A stretch of DNA of 64,000 nt from an uncultured Desulfatitalea sp. (GCA_963668675.2 CAXXMB010000002.1:320001-384000); one strand, 5' to 3'; positions 20,974 to 32,400 are shown, numbered from the stretch's first letter. Numbers and translations: made by a program. Notes: generated by a model from the letters alone, not told the origin.

Positions 20974-21001
20974 GTAGGGGCACGATGCATCGTGCCCCTA
21001 C
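20974..21001. repeat. GTAG-type REP palindrome
   Basis: Perfect 28-bp palindrome GTAGGGGCACGATG|CATCGTGCCCCTAC. Confidence 0.8.
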
Positions 21002-21057
21002 CCCGATCCCTTTCCAACGCAGTATCTGGAGTCCTCCGGCCTTTGCAACGTCCGGAT

Positions 21058-21684
21058 TTATTTGGTACCGAATATCTTGTCGCCGGCATCTCCCAACCCC
21101 GGAAGGATGTAACCGATGTCGTTGAGGCGCTCATCGATGGCTGCCACGAAGATCTCCACATCCGGGTGGTGCTTCTCCAGATTCCGAATGCCCTCGGGGG
21201 CCGCCACCAGGAAGATCCCCTTGATGGTCTTGCAGCCGGAGGCCTTGATCTGGTCGATGGTGGCCACCAGCGTTCCACCGGTCGCCAGCATGGGATCCAG
21301 AATCAGGGCGATGCGCTCTTCCATGTCACTGGTCATCTTGACATAGTACTGCACCGGTTTAAGGGTCTCTTCGTTGCGATAGAGACCGATGACGCTCACT
21401 TTGGCCGAAGGGACCAGGCTCAACACCCCGTTCATCATGCCGAGGCCTGCGCGCAGGATGGGGACAACCGTTATTTTCTTTCCCTTGATCCGTTCGACGT
21501 CGATCGGACCGGCCCATCCCTGAATGGTCCGCGGCTCGGTGGGCAGCTCTTTGGTGGCCTCGTAAGTGAGCAGGGAGGCGACCTCCGATGCCAGGTCGCG
21601 AAAATCCTTGGTCGTAATGTCGTGGACCCGCATCAGTCCGAGCTTGTGGCGAATCAGCGGGTGCTGCACCAGTTTGACGGGCAA
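21058..21684 (-). CDS. upp: Uracil phosphoribosyltransferase
   Basis: [48 protein letters not shown] start after AAAGGAGG. Confidence 0.97.
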   Translation of the reverse strand: MPVKLVQHPLIRHKLGLMRVHDITTKDFRDLASEVASLLTYEATKELPTEPRTIQGWAGPIDVERIKGKKITVVPILRAGLGMMNGVLSLVPSAKVSVIGLYRNEETLKPVQYYVKMTSDMEERIALILDPMLATGGTLVATIDQIKASGCKTIKGIFLVAAPEGIRNLEKHHPDVEIFVAAIDERLNDIGYILPGLGDAGDKIFGTK

Positions 21685-21794
21685 GAAGACCTCCTTTCAT
21701 GGATACGCATGGTGCCGGTCGGGGCTGGTCTTGTGCCCATCTTCAGCGGCAGTCGGATCATGACAGGCACAACAGGACGAATAAATTTCAATGA

Positions 21795-21847
21795 GCCATA
21801 CGCAAAATGTTGTGATGTGTCAAGCGCTCATATTCAACATGTTGTGG
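21795..21847 (-). promoter_or_regulatory. upp promoter overlapped by tandem NrdR-like boxes
   Basis: TTGACA (21823-21818)-17 bp-TATGGC; boxes ACGCAAAATGTTGTGA (21800-21815) and ATTCAACATGTTGTGG (21832-21847), 32 bp apart. Confidence 0.6.
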
Positions 21848-22116
21848 CAGCCCCCCCTTGAAGAGGGTGAATGCCCTTCTGGCCTTCATGGTGAGTCACC
21901 ACCCAAGCCGCCACGTTGCGAATTTACCGTTTTTCCCGGGGATGCCTTTACGGCCAACCATGAAATTGGCTTGATCCGATCTGCATCTTTGTATACGCTG
22001 TCTTTTATCCACATTGAGGCTCAAGCTAATCTCACCGGCGATGTACGGCTTACTACTCTTCACGCGGCCAGCCACAGAACCTCTCAAATTAACCCCTCTT
22101 TTGACAAGGAGATCCT

Positions 22117-24591
22117 ATGAGTACCAAAAAGGAGGCTGCCCCGGCCACACCCCCCCCCGATGTCAGCACCTTCGATACGCTTAAAACAAACGTTCTGCAC
22201 CACATCTGCTACACCCTGGGCAACGACCCCTCCAAGCCCAGCAGATACGCCGCTTTCATGGGGTTGGCCTACAGCGTGCGCGACCGGCTGATCGAAAACT
22301 GGATCAAGACCCAGCGGGCGCTCTACGATACGCTGGCCAAACGGGTCTATTTTCTCTCCCTGGAGTTTCTGCCCGGCCGCTTTTTGAAAAACTATCTGAT
22401 CAGCCTGCGCATGGAAGAGGAGGCCCGCCAAACCATGGCGGAGCTGGGGTTCGACCTGGACGAACTGGAAGAGGAGGAGTGGGACGCCGGGCTGGGCAAT
22501 GGCGGTCTGGGGCGGTTGGCCTCTTGCTACATGGACTCGATAGCCAGTCTCGACCTGCCGGGCTACGGATATGGCATCCGCTACGACTACGGCATCTTCC
22601 ACCAGGTGATCGACAACGGCTACCAGCGAGAACAGGCCGACAACTGGCGGCGGCAGGGCACCCCCTGGGAGATCCAGCGCCGTAACTACCTGCTCCCGGT
22701 TCGCTTCTTCGGCCGCACTGAGACCTATCGGGATGAAGAGGGCCGCCAGCGCTACCGCTGGGTGGATGGTGAGGTGGTCATGGCCAAAGCCTGCGACATC
22801 CTGGTGCCTGGCTACGGTGACGACCATGTGACCAACATGCGGTTGTGGGCTGCCCAGTCGAGCCGTGAATTCAATCTGGATAATTTCAACCAGGGCGACT
22901 ATATCGGTGCCGTTCAATCCAAGGTGTTGAGTGAAAACATCTCCAAAGTGCTCTACCCCAGCGATGAGGCCGAACTGGGCAAGGAGCTTCGGTTGAAGCA
23001 GCAGTACTTCTTCGTGGCCGCCACCCTGAATGATATCCTGCGGCGCTACCGGAAGATGAACCGGTCGTTTGCCGAGCTGCCCAATTTCGTCGCCATCCAG
23101 CTCAACGACACCCACCCCTCGATCGCCGTCCCCGAACTGATGCGTCTGCTCATGGACGAAGAGGGAATAGGCTGGGACGACGCCTGGGCGATCTGCGAGC
23201 AGACCTTCGCCTATACCAACCACACGGTACTTCCCGAAGCCCTGGAAACCTGGCCGGTGGATCTCATCGGCCGGTTGCTGCCACGCCACCTGCAAATCAT
23301 CTTCGAGATCAACCATCGCTTCCTAAAGTTGGTAAGCAGCCGCTATCCGGGAGACGACGGGCTGATTGGCAGGGTCTCGATCATCGGTGAAGGGGCCGTT
23401 CGCCACGTACGCATGGCCCATCTGGCCATCGTCGGCAGCCATACGGTCAACGGTGTGGCCGCTTTGCACAGTGACATATTGAAACGGGAGCTGTTCCGGG
23501 ATTTCGACGCGCTATACCCCCGGCGTCTGCGCAACGTCACCAACGGCATCACCCCCCGCCGCTGGCTGGCCCAATCCAATCCCGAGCTCTCCGAAGTGAT
23601 TACGTCGGCCATCGGGCCGGACTGGATCTGCGACCTGGACCGGCTACAGCAGTTGGTCCCGCTGGCCGAGGAGGCCGACTTTCGCAAACGCTGGATGGCC
23701 ACCAAACGAATCAACAAAACACGCCTTGCACGATACATTCTGCGAAAAGTAAAGCTGGGTGTCGACCCCGACACCATGTTCGACGTGCAGGTCAAACGGA
23801 TGCATGAATACAAGCGCCAACTGCTCAACGTGCTCCATGTGGTCACCCTCTACAACCGCATCAAAGCCGCGCCCCAGGACGATATGGTGCCGCGGACCGT
23901 CATCTTCGCCGGCAAGGCCGCGCCTGCCTATTACCAGGCCAAACTGATCATAAAGCTGATCAACTCCGTGGCCAACGTGGTCAACAGTGATCCGGACGTT
24001 CGCGGCCGCCTCAGGGTTCTCTTCCTGCCCAACTACTGCGTCTCACAGGCGGAAAAGATCATTCCGGCGGCCGACCTCTCCGAGCAGATCTCCACCGCCG
24101 GCCTGGAGGCCTCGGGCACGGGCAACATGAAGATGTCGCTCAACGGCGCCCTGACCATCGGCACCCTGGACGGGGCCAACGTCGAAATCATGGAAGCGGT
24201 GGGCAGTGAAAACATCTTCATTTTCGGCCTCACCGCCGAACAGGTTCTGGAGAGACGCCAAAGTGGGTACAATCCCAACGACCATATCTCCAAGGATGCC
24301 GAATTGAGTGCGGCGCTGGAGATGATCGCCTCGGGTGCCTTCTCCCCGCATGATCCGTCACTGTTTGCTCCCATTATCCACAGCCTGAGGGAAGAGGGAG
24401 ACTACTACCTGCTGCTGGCCGACTACCGTCCTTATGTGGACGCCCAGGAGGAGGTGAGCCGCCTGTTTGCCGATCCCGACGAGTGGGCCCGCAAATCGAT
24501 CCTCAATACGGCCCTGATGGGAAGATTTTCAAGCGATCGTGCCGTGATGGAGTACGCCAACCACATTTGGCACATTCAGCCCCTCGAATAA
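22117..24591 (+). CDS. glgP: Glycogen/maltodextrin phosphorylase
   Basis: GLGNGGLGRLA, LRLKQQYF, QLNDTHP, KRMHEYKRQ, EASGTGNMK PLP site. Confidence 0.96.
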   Translation: MSTKKEAAPATPPPDVSTFDTLKTNVLHHICYTLGNDPSKPSRYAAFMGLAYSVRDRLIENWIKTQRALYDTLAKRVYFLSLEFLPGRFLKNYLISLRMEEEARQTMAELGFDLDELEEEEWDAGLGNGGLGRLASCYMDSIASLDLPGYGYGIRYDYGIFHQVIDNGYQREQADNWRRQGTPWEIQRRNYLLPVRFFGRTETYRDEEGRQRYRWVDGEVVMAKACDILVPGYGDDHVTNMRLWAAQSSREFNLDNFNQGDYIGAVQSKVLSENISKVLYPSDEAELGKELRLKQQYFFVAATLNDILRRYRKMNRSFAELPNFVAIQLNDTHPSIAVPELMRLLMDEEGIGWDDAWAICEQTFAYTNHTVLPEALETWPVDLIGRLLPRHLQIIFEINHRFLKLVSSRYPGDDGLIGRVSIIGEGAVRHVRMAHLAIVGSHTVNGVAALHSDILKRELFRDFDALYPRRLRNVTNGITPRRWLAQSNPELSEVITSAIGPDWICDLDRLQQLVPLAEEADFRKRWMATKRINKTRLARYILRKVKLGVDPDTMFDVQVKRMHEYKRQLLNVLHVVTLYNRIKAAPQDDMVPRTVIFAGKAAPAYYQAKLIIKLINSVANVVNSDPDVRGRLRVLFLPNYCVSQAEKIIPAADLSEQISTAGLEASGTGNMKMSLNGALTIGTLDGANVEIMEAVGSENIFIFGLTAEQVLERRQSGYNPNDHISKDAELSAALEMIASGAFSPHDPSLFAPIIHSLREEGDYYLLLADYRPYVDAQEEVSRLFADPDEWARKSILNTALMGRFSSDRAVMEYANHIWHIQPLE

Positions 24592-24622
24592 ACCGTAGGT
24601 GACCAGGAGAAAGGAATTGGCC

Positions 24623-25903
24623 ATGCCGGAGCAAAATGCTGAGCAGAGTGAAGCCGGCTCGATATCGATCATTCGTCTGCCTGTTTTCGACAACAAACGC
24701 CGACTCTGGGGGTATGTGCTGCACTGCGTCGGGGATGTGGCCCGGCAGTCAGGTGGTGATCTGTCCGGCCAGGTGAGTGTGGCGGTCAATGTGGCCGCCA
24801 GCGCCTATATCGGTCTGCAGAAAATTATCGGCCGAGACCACAAGCTGCTGGTGGATGTCACCGAAAAGAATCTACTGGACAATCTCCCCTATGCCCTGCC
24901 GCCCGAACGGACCGCCATCCAGGTCACCGAGACGATCTACAGGCACCCGTCTGTACCCAAAGCCCTGGAGGGGTTGAAAGGGGATGGCTACCTGCTGGCG
25001 GTGGCCGACTTCAGCGCCCGGCCAGAGTGCGAAGCGCTTTACACATCGGCCGATATCATCAGCTTCAGTGTAAAGGGAAAATCAAGAGATGAACTGAAGG
25101 CGGCCCGGGATGCCGCCGGCAACTACCAGGCAACCCTGCTGGCCGTCGAGGTGGACGATCCCAAGCGCTTCCATCTGCTCAAAGAGATCGGATTTGAGCT
25201 TTTCCAGGGGGCTTTTTATAAAACCCCTGAGTCGATCAGTGTTCGCCAGCTGTCATCCAATGAAATGTCACGTTTCAACCTGATGAGCATCATCCACCAA
25301 GAAGAGGTCGATATCGACCAACTGGCCGAGACCATTCAGGCCGATGCCTCCTTAAGTTTTCGACTGCTGGCATATCTCAATTCGGCTGCTTTCGGCTTTC
25401 GGCAGAAAATCAAATCGATCCAACAGGCCATTGCACTTCTGGGGTGGCGCAAACTGAAGATATGGCTGCGTGTCATACTGCTCAGCGATGTCAACCAGAG
25501 CGAGGACGCGTCAGAGCTGATGCTCCTGGCCGCCGAACGCGGAAAGTTCCTGGAGCTGATCGGCCAGGCCTATGACTATTGGGGTTTCGATCCGGAGAGC
25601 CTACACATGCTCGGCATCTTCTCCCTCCTGGACGCGATGCTGGGCATGCCCATGGCTGAAATCACCAGCTACCTGCCGCTCGATGAGAAACTCAAGTCCG
25701 CTTTGTGCCGCGACCCCAACAATGAGTACCTGCCGTTGCTCGACCTGGCGCAGCAATTGGAGGAACACCATTGGATAGCAGCAGAACAAACGATCCAGGA
25801 GCTGAACATGGACAGCGGCGTTGTGAAACAGGCCTTACAGCAAGCCGTCGATTGGGCCGATGAACTCCATAACCTGCACAGCGATATCGCTGACAACGGC
25901 TGA
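24623..25903 (+). CDS. EAL-associated/HDOD domain protein (YuxH-like), degenerate EAL
   Basis: RLPVFD...GYVL, GFELFQGAFY..PE, D.SLSFRLLAYLNSA, GIFSLLDAML. Confidence 0.85.
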   Translation: MPEQNAEQSEAGSISIIRLPVFDNKRRLWGYVLHCVGDVARQSGGDLSGQVSVAVNVAASAYIGLQKIIGRDHKLLVDVTEKNLLDNLPYALPPERTAIQVTETIYRHPSVPKALEGLKGDGYLLAVADFSARPECEALYTSADIISFSVKGKSRDELKAARDAAGNYQATLLAVEVDDPKRFHLLKEIGFELFQGAFYKTPESISVRQLSSNEMSRFNLMSIIHQEEVDIDQLAETIQADASLSFRLLAYLNSAAFGFRQKIKSIQQAIALLGWRKLKIWLRVILLSDVNQSEDASELMLLAAERGKFLELIGQAYDYWGFDPESLHMLGIFSLLDAMLGMPMAEITSYLPLDEKLKSALCRDPNNEYLPLLDLAQQLEEHHWIAAEQTIQELNMDSGVVKQALQQAVDWADELHNLHSDIADNG

Positions 25904-25923
25904 CCTTTCATAGTGCGCTGTAC

Positions 25924-26265
25924 TCACGGATCTAAATCAGGAATGAGGATGAGAAGTAATCCGCCATCAAAATCATCACGCAAGACCACAACCGACGTAG
26001 TCGAGAAGCTAACCCCTTTGGCTCCGAATCCCTCCTTGCTCAAATGAGTGGCGAACCCCACCGCAACAATACCCATCATGCCTATAAGGAGCATGATGGT
26101 CTCGAAATCGATATGGCTGGCTGCGGCATGCTCGTCGATAACGCCCAGGATCAAAAGGGTCATGACGCCTAATACGGCGGCCGTGGCTTTGTGCAGCCAT
26201 TCAAAAGAGATGGCTACATAGACCGCTGCGAAAACCACCACCGGAATCAAAGCCTCAGTTTCCAT
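25924..26265 (-). pseudogene. N-terminal fragment of an ArsB/NhaD-type ion permease
   Basis: First ~70 aa (VFAAVYVAISFE..HKATAA...IDFETIMLLIGMMGIV) fit the family, then the sequence is unrelated and stops; full-length members are about 400 aa. Confidence 0.65.
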
Positions 26266-26528
26266 GCCCTATTTTCACCCCATGCTGTGTTCGGCCATCA
26301 AATAAAACTGGGCCTATCTGCCAAAACAAGGTAGATGGACATAGGCAGTATCAGATCGTGTTTGAAACCCCAGAGACCACAGTGCGCCCAGAGGGATGTT
26401 ACCCTTAAACTTCTCTTTTCTCTGTGCGCTCAGTGGTAAAATATCCGTTATTCGATGCCCTTTGTTTGGTAGATAGACCCGAATAATATTTAGCATAAAT
26501 CAATATGATGTTCCCGTCGGCGGGATTC

Positions 26529-26566
26529 AAAAAATCGGCGCCGTCTCCGCCAGGGGGAACGGCGCC
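26529..26566 (-). terminator. Rho-independent terminator
   Basis: GGCGCCGT...ACGGCGCC stem with a T-run on the minus strand, downstream of 26591-26875. Confidence 0.6.
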
Positions 26567-26590
26567 AGCGCACCATAAATTGATGGGCGC

Positions 26591-26875
26591 TTATTCCTTA
26601 ACCTCTTCGACAGTGGTGATCATAATACTCTTAACGCCGGCATCCTCTTCAAGTGTGCCGGTTACCTGTACCGATTTGCCAACCATGGCCGACAGGTCAT
26701 GTCCCTTGACCATAAAGCTTTCACCATTATCGGCCGAAATAATGATGCTGCCCGCATCGTTCTGCTCGACGGTACCAGTGATGGTCTCTTCAGCAGCCAT
26801 GACACCCGTCACACACAGCAGCCCCATGATGGTCACCGTTGCCAACACTTTTATTAAAGTCTTTTTTCCCCTCAT
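26591..26875 (-). CDS. Small exported OB-fold-like protein
   Basis: AAAGGAGG RBS, signal peptide ending VMA, ITGTVE...VGKSVQVTGT beta pattern. Confidence 0.75.
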   Translation of the reverse strand: MRGKKTLIKVLATVTIMGLLCVTGVMAAEETITGTVEQNDAGSIIISADNGESFMVKGHDLSAMVGKSVQVTGTLEEDAGVKSIMITTVEEVKE

Positions 26876-27235
26876 TTCAATCCCTCCTTTTAGTTGTGCG
26901 TTATCCGCCCCAGCCGTGGACGTTCTCATAACGCCGACGGCCTCCCATGCGCAGATATGCATGAAATTGGATGATGCTTTTAGAATCCATTTCTTGTTCG
27001 TAGGGTTTTGGGGGTCAGGAGGAAGCTGGAAACAACAGTTCAGCATTCAATCTAAGTGGAATGCCAGGGGGAGATGCCCTTCAATTCAGTTTTTATAGTC
27101 GATTTGAATGGACATATGCAACATATAATTGTGACCAATTCGATAAGAATGGGTACTTTTCTGTATCGGGTGCCGGCGATTCTGTCTCGGCATCCCCCGC
27201 CGTGAACGAGGGAATGCCGAGAACGGATCCAGTGC

Positions 27236-27664
27236 CTACTCGATGCCCACCACTTCAATCTCGAATGTCAGGCTCTCACCGGCTAATGGATGGTTCAAAT
27301 CCAAGGTGATGTTTTCATTGTCCAGTTGAGCGACCTTGGCCGGAATCTGCTGTCCTTCGGGCGTGCTCAGCGCGAGCATCTGCCCCTCCTCCACCTGCAG
27401 ATCCGGTGGCAGCTCCTTGCGGGGAAAACGGCGCATGGCCTCCTCGTCGCGCTCTCCGTATGCCTCTTCCGGCTGGAGGGTGAACGTCTTCTTCTCATTG
27501 AGGCCCATGCCCATGAGAGCATTTTCGAACCCGCTGATCAGTTGACCCTGCCCGATGGTCACCTGAAGCGGATCGCGCCCCTCGCTGGAGTCAAACACCT
27601 CACCATTGGTTAACGTCCCTGTGTAGTGGACCTGGATCGCGTTTCCAGTATCGACAGTTTTCAC
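27236..27664 (-). CDS. slyD: FKBP-type peptidyl-prolyl isomerase (SlyD-like, no His tail)
   Basis: VHYTGTLTNGEVFDSS, GQLISGFE, PEEAYGE, DLNHPLAGESLTFEIEV. Confidence 0.92.
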   Translation of the reverse strand: MKTVDTGNAIQVHYTGTLTNGEVFDSSEGRDPLQVTIGQGQLISGFENALMGMGLNEKKTFTLQPEEAYGERDEEAMRRFPRKELPPDLQVEEGQMLALSTPEGQQIPAKVAQLDNENITLDLNHPLAGESLTFEIEVVGIE

Positions 27665-28024
27665 GAAAAACTCCTTGCATTAAATAATATCCCGGCTTCC
27701 AACGCCGCCCTGTGGTGCAAAACACACACAGCGCAGGAGCGGCCGGATGAAAAAGGAAATGCAAGCAGGATTGGTGTGACGTATAGAGGCGTTCCCGCTC
27801 GCGCCGAACACAAGCGATAATAGGTCGGCATCAAAGGCAGCGGGTAACTGCGCGGGTCGAGATTAAGAGGCCAATTTATCGCATCCGATTTTCAGGAAGC
27901 TATGCCAGCCCCAGCCCGGAGTCAACCCCCCGGGGGGGTGTTTGTTGAGTTGGTTGGGTCTCTTCGGCTTGGATAGGCGACATCCGCAACTCAATAAACT
28001 CAGTAAACCATATAGCCCAACAAA

Positions 28025-29428
28025 CTAAAAATAGCTGCTGCCGTCCCAACAATGGGTGCAGAGGCGCTCTTTTGGCAGGCCGATGGCGCTGACCAGGTCT
28101 TCGACACACTGATATTTCAACGTGGTCAACCGCAGCCGCTTTCGAATCTGTTCGGTCATCTCCATGTTCTTCGGAGAGCCGGACCGGGCATATTCGTTCA
28201 AATCCGTGTCGCCATCACCCTCCAGATGTTTGATCACCTTCCGTCCCGCCAGATCCAGAGTCGAACGGGAGGTAGAAAAATTGAGGAACTCACAGGGAAA
28301 AATCAATGTCGGGCAGGCCGGCCGCATATGCACCTCCAGGGCCCCGTAATCGAAAAGGATCTGAACGTTCTCCTTGAGCTGGGTGCCGCGCACGATCGAG
28401 TCTTCACAAAACATCAGGCGCTGGCCCTCAATGAGGCGCCTTACCGGAATCAACTTCATCCTGGCCACAAGATCGCGCATCTCCTGATTTTGGGGCATGA
28501 AGCTGCGCGGCCAGGTCGGCGTATACTTTACAAACGGCCGTTGATAGGGAATCTTTCTGTGGTTCGCGTAGCCGAGGGCATGGCCGATCCCCGAATCCGG
28601 TATGCCGGCCACGACATCCACTTCGATCTCATCATTGCGGGCCAGGGCCGCACCGCAATTGTAGCGGACGTGTTCCACGTTGATCTCTTCATACTCCGAA
28701 GCCGGGTATCCATAGTAGACCCATAAAAAAGAGCAGACCTGCATTCGGTCTCCCGGGGGCACCAGCTGTTCCCATCCATCGGCGTTCAAAAGGAGCACCT
28801 CGCCCGGGCCTATAAAATGGTCGACTTCGAAACCGAGGTTGGGCAATGCGCACGTTTCACAGGTAACCGCCAAGGCGCCCTTACGACGACCAACCACCAG
28901 TGCCGTGCGCCCCAGGCGGTCTCGGGCGGCGTACACCCCCTTTTTGGTTAACAGAAGCATCGAGCAAGAGCCTTTAATGGCCTCCTGGGCGCTGCGTATG
29001 CCGGCCTCGAAGCTATCCTCCTGACAGATCAGCATGGCCACGACCTCTGTGGGGTTCGGCGTCCCGTCGGTGGTATCGGAGAAATAGCTCTTGCCCTGGA
29101 AGGCCCTATTGACCAACTCGTCCATATTCGTTATGCGTCCGACGGTCACGATGCCGAAAGCCCCCAGATGAGATCCGATGATCAAGGGTTGGGGATCGGT
29201 GTCGCTGATGACGCCAATCCCCTGTCTACCATGGAACATCGGCAACTCGGACTCGAACTTCGTTCGGAAATAGCTGTTTTCGATATTGTGAATGGCGCGG
29301 TGGATGCCGCCTGAATTGCAGACCGCCATTCCGCCGCGTTTCGTGCCCAGATGTGAGTGGTAATCGGTTCCGTAAAAGAGATCAGATACACAGTCAGAAT
29401 CGGATACAACGCCAAACAATCCACCCAT
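28025..29428 (-). CDS. purF: Amidophosphoribosyltransferase-like protein lacking the Ntn catalytic Cys
   Basis: ARDRLG, CSFLWVYY, GIPDSG, EDSIVRGT PRPP loop, C-terminal CTHC; N-terminus is MGG instead of MCG. Confidence 0.85.
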   Translation of the reverse strand: MGGLFGVVSDSDCVSDLFYGTDYHSHLGTKRGGMAVCNSGGIHRAIHNIENSYFRTKFESELPMFHGRQGIGVISDTDPQPLIIGSHLGAFGIVTVGRITNMDELVNRAFQGKSYFSDTTDGTPNPTEVVAMLICQEDSFEAGIRSAQEAIKGSCSMLLLTKKGVYAARDRLGRTALVVGRRKGALAVTCETCALPNLGFEVDHFIGPGEVLLLNADGWEQLVPPGDRMQVCSFLWVYYGYPASEYEEINVEHVRYNCGAALARNDEIEVDVVAGIPDSGIGHALGYANHRKIPYQRPFVKYTPTWPRSFMPQNQEMRDLVARMKLIPVRRLIEGQRLMFCEDSIVRGTQLKENVQILFDYGALEVHMRPACPTLIFPCEFLNFSTSRSTLDLAGRKVIKHLEGDGDTDLNEYARSGSPKNMEMTEQIRKRLRLTTLKYQCVEDLVSAIGLPKERLCTHCWDGSSYF

Positions 29429-29468
29429 TTTCCATTTCCCCTGTCGGTTTCGTTATTGTATTTGTTAT

Positions 29469-32400
29469 CTATCCAATTTGCGCATGATAGCTCTGAAGCG
29501 AACGTACCTCCGGGCTCCCTTCCCTGCGCGCCGCTATCCCCCGTGCGGCGGCGATGGCGGCTGCAGTAGTGGAGATATAGGGAATCTTGTACTTGATGGC
29601 CGCCTTGCGGATGTTGGAGCTGTCTGCAGAACCCTTTTTCCCTGAAGGCGTGTTGACCAGCAATTGAATGTGCCCGCTTTTGATGGCATCCACCAGGTTA
29701 GGACGCCCCAGATCCAGCTTGGATATCGGTTGGGTTTCGATACCCTTCTCCGCAAGAAAACGATGGGTACCTTCGGTGGCCATGATGGTGAACCCCAGCT
29801 CCCTGAATCTACGCACCGGTTCAATGGCGGCCGACTTGTCCCGATCGGCGATGGTGAACAGAACGGTCCCTTCCAACGGCAGTACCGACTGGGTGGCTTC
29901 CTGCGCTTTAAAAAAAGCACCGCCAAAGGTATTCGCCATCCCAAGGACCTCTCCGGTGGATCGCATTTCAGGCCCCAGGATCGGATCGACCTCAGGGAAC
30001 ATATTGAACGGGAAGACCGCCTCTTTGAGTCCGAAATAGGGAATCCGGCGCTCGCTTAGATCGAGATCGGCGACTCGCTTGCCCAAAACCACCTGGGTGG
30101 CCAGGCGCGCCATGGAGAGCCCGCACACCTTGGAAACGATCGGTACGGTTCGCGATGCGCGTGGGTTGGCTTCGAGCACATATACGGTGTCCTCGTGGAT
30201 GGCATACTGAATATTCATCAAGCCGACCACCTTCAGCTCGATGGCGATTCGGCGGGTGTGCTCGCGAATGGTATCCAGATGTTTGGGCGCCAGACTGATC
30301 GGCGGGATGACGCAGGCCGAGTCGCCCGAATGGATCCCGGCCAGCTCGATATGCTCCATCACCGCCGGCACGAAGGCATCAGTGCCGTCGGCGATGGCAT
30401 CGGCTTCGGCCTCAATAGCGTTGTCCAGGAACTTATCGATCAGTACCGGCTGCTCGGGCGTCACCTCCTCCACGGCTACGCTCAGATAGCGTTTGAGCAT
30501 CTGATCGTCATGCACAATCTCCATTCCCCGGCCACCGAGCACATAGGAGGGACGAACCATCAGCGGGTAACCGATACGGGCCGCAATCTCCAAGGCCTCG
30601 TCATAACTGACCGCCATCCCCGAGTCGGGCATGGGAATGCCCAATCGGTGCATGATCCGGCCAAAGCGCGCCCGGTCCTCGGCCAAGTCGATGGTCTCGG
30701 GTGACGTGCCCAAAATGGCGGCCCCGGCCTCGGCCAGCTCCCGGGCGATGTTCAGTGGCGTCTGCCCGCCAAACTGAACAATGACCCCTTCGGGCCTCTC
30801 CTTCTCATAGATGCTCAGCACATCCTCGACCGTGAGCGGCTCGAAGTAGAGCTTGTCCGACGTGTCGTAGTCGGTAGAGACGGTCTCCGGATTGCAGTTG
30901 ACCATGATCGATTCAAATCCGGCTTCACGGATGGCCGTGGCGGCATGCACGCAGCAATAATCAAATTCGATCCCCTGGCCAATGCGGTTGGGACCGCCGC
31001 CCAGCACCATGATCTTCTTGCGGTCGCTCACCGTCACCTGGTCGGCGGCGTTGTAAGTCGAAAAATAGTAGGCGGCACTCTCCACGCCACTGACCGGCAC
31101 CGGTTCCCATGCCTGGGAAAGACCCATGGAGCGTCGTTGATCGCGAATTTCCTGCTCGGAAACGCCCAACAGGCCGGCCAGATACCGATCGGCAAAGCCG
31201 TCTCTCTTGGCCCTGGCCAATAGATCGCCAGGCAGCTCCCTACCCTTGCATGCGAGGATCTCCTCCTCCAGATCGACCAGCGCCTTCATCTGCCGGATAA
31301 ACCAGGGCTTGATATGCGTCAATGCATACAACTCATCGATGTCGGCGCCTTTGCGTAGCGCTTCGTACATGAGAAATTGACGCTCGCTGGTGGCCGTCTT
31401 CAGCCGGGCCATCAGTTTATCTATAGGAAGATCATTAAAGTCCTTTGCAAACCCCAATCCATATCGATTGATTTCCAAACTGCGGATCGCCTTTTGAAAC
31501 GCCTCCTTATAGGTCTTTCCGATGCTCATCACCTCGCCCACGGCCCGCATCTGGGTGCCCAGCTGGTCCTGGATGCCCGCAAACTTTTCGAAGGCCCAGC
31601 GAGCGAACTTGACCACCACGTAATCGCCTGAGGGGGTGTACTTCTCCAGGGTCCCGTCCCGCCAGTAGGGGATCTCGTCCATGGTCAGTCCGCCGGCCAG
31701 CAAAGACGAGACCCGCGCGATGGGAAAACCGGTCGCTTTTGAAGCCAGGGCAGATGAGCGAGAGGTCCGCGGATTGATTTCGATGACCACGACCCGACCG
31801 GTGTCCGGATCGTGGGCGAATTGGATATTGGTCCCGCCGATCACCTCAATGGCCTCTACGATGGCGTATGAGTATTCCTGAAGTTTTTTCTGCAGGGCGG
31901 GTTGAATGGTAAGCATGGGAGCGGTGCAGTAGCTGTCACCCGTATGCACCCCCATGGCGTCGACATTTTCGATGAAGCAGACGGTGATCATCTGGTTCTT
32001 GGCATCGCGAACCACCTCCAGTTCCAACTCCTCCCAACCCAGCACCGATTCCTCGACCAGCACCTGGTGGATCAAGCTGGCCGCTAATCCCCGATTGACG
32101 ATGGTTTGCAACTCTTCCAGGTTGTACACCAGACCGCCGCCGGTGCCCCCCATGGTATACGCCGGCCGGATCACGACCGGATAGCCCAACTCCTCAGCCA
32201 CCTGTTCGGCCTCTTGGAGTGTATCCACGGCCCGGCTGCGCGGCATATCGATTCCCAGCCGTTCCATCGTCTGCTTGAAGGCCGTGCGATCCTCACCGCG
32301 TTCGATGGCATCGATGTTTACACCAATCATATGGACGCCGTATTTTTCCAGAATGCCCATGCGGTGCAGCTCGCTGGACAAGTTGAGCCCCGACTGGCCA

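Noticed and set aside
22084..23316. Long antisense ORFs (also 3715-4626, 17689-18882, 19998-20813, 20992-21861, 55298-56164)
   Set aside because: They overlap well-supported genes on the opposite strand, which is common in GC-rich DNA, and show no motifs
27940..28025. Short AAAC/CAAC-rich repeats downstream of purF considered as a CRISPR remnant
   Set aside because: No regular repeat-spacer period and no cas genes; better explained as an imperfect hairpin
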